In this document: in pieces, positions 16,900 through 19,036 of the stretch
How the letters are laid out: the number at the start of each line of letters is the position of its first letter
Numbering within the stretch: the first letter of the stretch is position 1
Assembly (NCBI GenBank): GCA_045863855.1
Contig: BTVV01000118.1
Span: 1 to 19,036, forward strand
Length of the DNA stretch: 19,036 bases
Source of the DNA: Planctomycetota bacterium
GTDB lineage: Bacteria; Planctomycetota; SZUA-567; H5-PLA8
Direction of reading: 5' to 3'
The notes under the pieces: model-generated
The model's database searches: none
What the model was told of the DNA's origin: nothing
The model's input: the letters and a program-made list of their open reading frames with translations, nothing else
Program-made: the position numbers and the translations under genes

Positions 16900-17251
16900 A
16901 ACACCATCCTTTCAATGCCACCGGAATCCGAATCCCCAGTCTCGCCAGTAAATAATAATTGAATCTTAAGATTTATCAACATCTAGTTTGGTAATGGTGT
17001 ATATAAGTCTAATGATTCATTAATACCTTGGCCGCTGCGGAGGTGAATCGGAGAAAGACCTCATGGCGCAGAGGAAGGAGATTCTTGTGAATGACTTGTC
17101 GTTCATGGCATTCTTTGGATTGGGGCTGGCTTGGGCGGGCGTTTACTTTGTCGAAGATAAGGCATCCGATAAAACGCTGGTGGACTCCGCAACGAACGCG
17201 CCCATTTACTACACTCCGCGAGCGAAGCCAAATATTTGGAACCTCCTAATA

Positions 17252-17953
17252 ATGATGATCGCGCGAGGAGGAATGCTGGTCATGGCTCTGCTCGGGTTGA
17301 GCCTGCCCGCTTGGGGCGGCGAGGGCGCACCGGCGGCGCCGCTGTTCGAGGACAATTTCACCAAGGGTTTGGAGCACTGGGTGATTGAGAAGTGGGGCAA
17401 AGATAAGGTCGAAGCCAAGGTGGAAGACGGCAAGCTGTGCGTAGAAACGGGCGCCGGGAAGGACGGAGTGCAGGTCTGGCTCAAGCAGGAGCTGCCGAAG
17501 AATTTCATCTTCGAATATGACTTCATCCCACAGTCGCAGAGCGGGTTCTTCCTGCTCTTTTTCTGCCAGAAGGGGACCCAGGGTGAAGACATCCTGGCGG
17601 ATGCCTTGCTGAACGACCGCAAACACCAGACGCTCTTCATGAAATACACCCTGGCGCGGAACGGATATCACATCAGCTATCGCCGCAACGAAGAGGCCAA
17701 CTGTAACCTGCGCAAAAACGCGGGAAAGAACCTTCTTAAGCAGCAGGAGCTCGACCATCCGTTGCCCAAGGACAAAAAGGTGCATGTGAGACTCACGAAG
17801 ACTATGGGGCAGATCAAGCTGGAGGTGGACGGCGAGGTGTTTATGGAATTCGAGGACAGGGACCAGCCGTATGCGGGCGGGCGGGTCGGCTTTCGGCAGG
17901 TGTACGAATCCGCCGCGCAGTACAGCCAGGTAAAGCTCACCGAGATCAAGTGA
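17252..17953 (+). CDS. Secreted DUF1961 (YesU-like) ConA/jelly-roll protein
   Basis: LFEDNF...VWLKQELP...GFFLLFF...YHISYRRN...CNLRKN...GGRVGFRQ. The frame is open from 17063, but the signal peptide next to the domain starts at about 17252-17282. Start uncertain. Confidence 0.75.
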   Translation: MMIARGGMLVMALLGLSLPAWGGEGAPAAPLFEDNFTKGLEHWVIEKWGKDKVEAKVEDGKLCVETGAGKDGVQVWLKQELPKNFIFEYDFIPQSQSGFFLLFFCQKGTQGEDILADALLNDRKHQTLFMKYTLARNGYHISYRRNEEANCNLRKNAGKNLLKQQELDHPLPKDKKVHVRLTKTMGQIKLEVDGEVFMEFEDRDQPYAGGRVGFRQVYESAAQYSQVKLTEIK

Positions 17954-18098
17954 GGACGCACTTCTAAAACGAATCATGCCTCATGACGAACGAATCTTCC
18001 GGGATCGCCTTGCTTTTTCTCTGCCTTTGCGTTGCTGATCCGGCAAGTATTTTCAGAAAAACTCCGCTGCAAGCTCGGCAGTAAAGGGACATTCTTCC

Positions 18099-19036
18099 AT
18101 GAAACAGCCCAACATCCTCTTCATCTTCACCGACCAACAATCGGCCAACATGATGAGTTGCGCCGGCAATACGGACCTGCAAACGCCTGCGATGGATTCG
18201 CTGGCCGCGCGTGGCACGCGATTCGAACGAGCTTATTGCGCCAATCCCTTGTGCGTCCCTTCGCGCGGTGTCATGTCAACGGGTCTTTACCCTCATCAGA
18301 CCGGTATCACAATCAACTACGGTTTTAGGAAGGAGCCGAAGCAAGCCGTCAGCTCAACCTGGATGGGAGCGATTTTAAGGGATGGCGGCTACCGAACCGC
18401 CTATCGGGGGAAATGGCATCAGCCGATTGCTCCCGCCCAAGTAGAAACGCACGGCTTTGAATTAGCGCACGAGGAAACATGGGATCCGGAGATTCCAGAT
18501 CTGAGCGCCGCCTTTTTTCAGGAGAAGCATTCCAAACCATTTCTGTTTGTGGTCTCGATCTCGAATCCCCATAGAATTTGCGAGGCCGCAAGGGATCTTG
18601 CGCTCCCCATCCCCGACCGTAAGGAACTTCTCAGAGACAATCTTGGCTTAATTCCGGGGCCTGAAGCGTGTCCAAGACTTCCTCCCAACTTCGAGATACC
18701 AGATGGAGAACCTGATGTTTTGCGCTTAATCCAACGGAAACACCCGAGAGCGTACCCCACCCTCGGCTGGAGTGAAGAGCTCTGGCGCCAGTATCGATGG
18801 TGCTACGCGCGCTTTACAGAGAAGGCTGATGCCTTGGTGGGATCCATCCTGAAGGACTTGCGCGCGTCTGGATTGGAGAAAAACACGGTTGTCATTTTCT
18901 CGTCCGACCACGGCGACGGAAACGGCGCGCATCGCTGGAATCAGAAAACGTGCCTCTACGAAGAAGCCGTGCGCGTGCCGTTTATCATCGCAGACCTTCG
19001 CGACGACGTGCGGGGCGCCGTTGACGATTCCCACCT
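18099..19036 (+). CDS. Formylglycine-dependent sulfatase (S1), runs off the window edge
   Basis: Not in the ORF track; translated by hand: MKQPNILFIFTDQQ...AYCANPLCVPSRG...GGYRTAYRGKWH...NPH...FSSDHGDG...WNQK...YEEAVRVPFII. Confidence 0.93.
   Translation, partial: MKQPNILFIFTDQQSANMMSCAGNTDLQTPAMDSLAARGTRFERAYCANPLCVPSRGVMSTGLYPHQTGITINYGFRKEPKQAVSSTWMGAILRDGGYRTAYRGKWHQPIAPAQVETHGFELAHEETWDPEIPDLSAAFFQEKHSKPFLFVVSISNPHRICEAARDLALPIPDRKELLRDNLGLIPGPEACPRLPPNFEIPDGEPDVLRLIQRKHPRAYPTLGWSEELWRQYRWCYARFTEKADALVGSILKDLRASGLEKNTVVIFSSDHGDGNGAHRWNQKTCLYEEAVRVPFIIADLRDDVRGAVDDSH

Noticed and set aside
1..19036. CRISPR array, integron attC sites, tRNA/rRNA
   Set aside because: No regularly spaced short repeats, no RYYYAAC...GTTRRRY hairpins between genes, and no recognisable stable-RNA motifs by eye.

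Overview
This window looks like an accessory carbohydrate/sulfate-utilisation patchwork from a GC-rich bacterium, probably Planctomycetota/PVC (inferred from the protein families). The left edge is an ordinary TetR + TolC-type efflux operon. From about 1240 onward, intact single genes alternate with short gene stubs and mobile-element remnants. The intact genes are AraC, two GntR-HTH/LacI-sensor regulators, a BNR-propeller-FN3-NPCBM protein, a GH42-like protein, a PL14-like jelly-roll protein, two sulfatases, a DUF1961/YesU-like protein and a HEAT-motif protein; a transglutaminase-like gene is C-terminally clipped. The remnants are an ISKra4-like transposase fragment, a serine-recombinase zinc-ribbon fragment, an rve_3 'integrase core' transposase tail and an IS3 left end. 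The most unusual element is a ~160-210 bp non-coding sequence present twice in direct orientation (8680-8841 and 12822-12981, about 75% identical by hand alignment). It lies downstream of the rve_3 transposase, begins at a sharp terminus that truncates a host gene, and keeps hairpins with one compensatory pair and G-U-compatible changes. All family calls come from motif recognition by eye; no searches were run.
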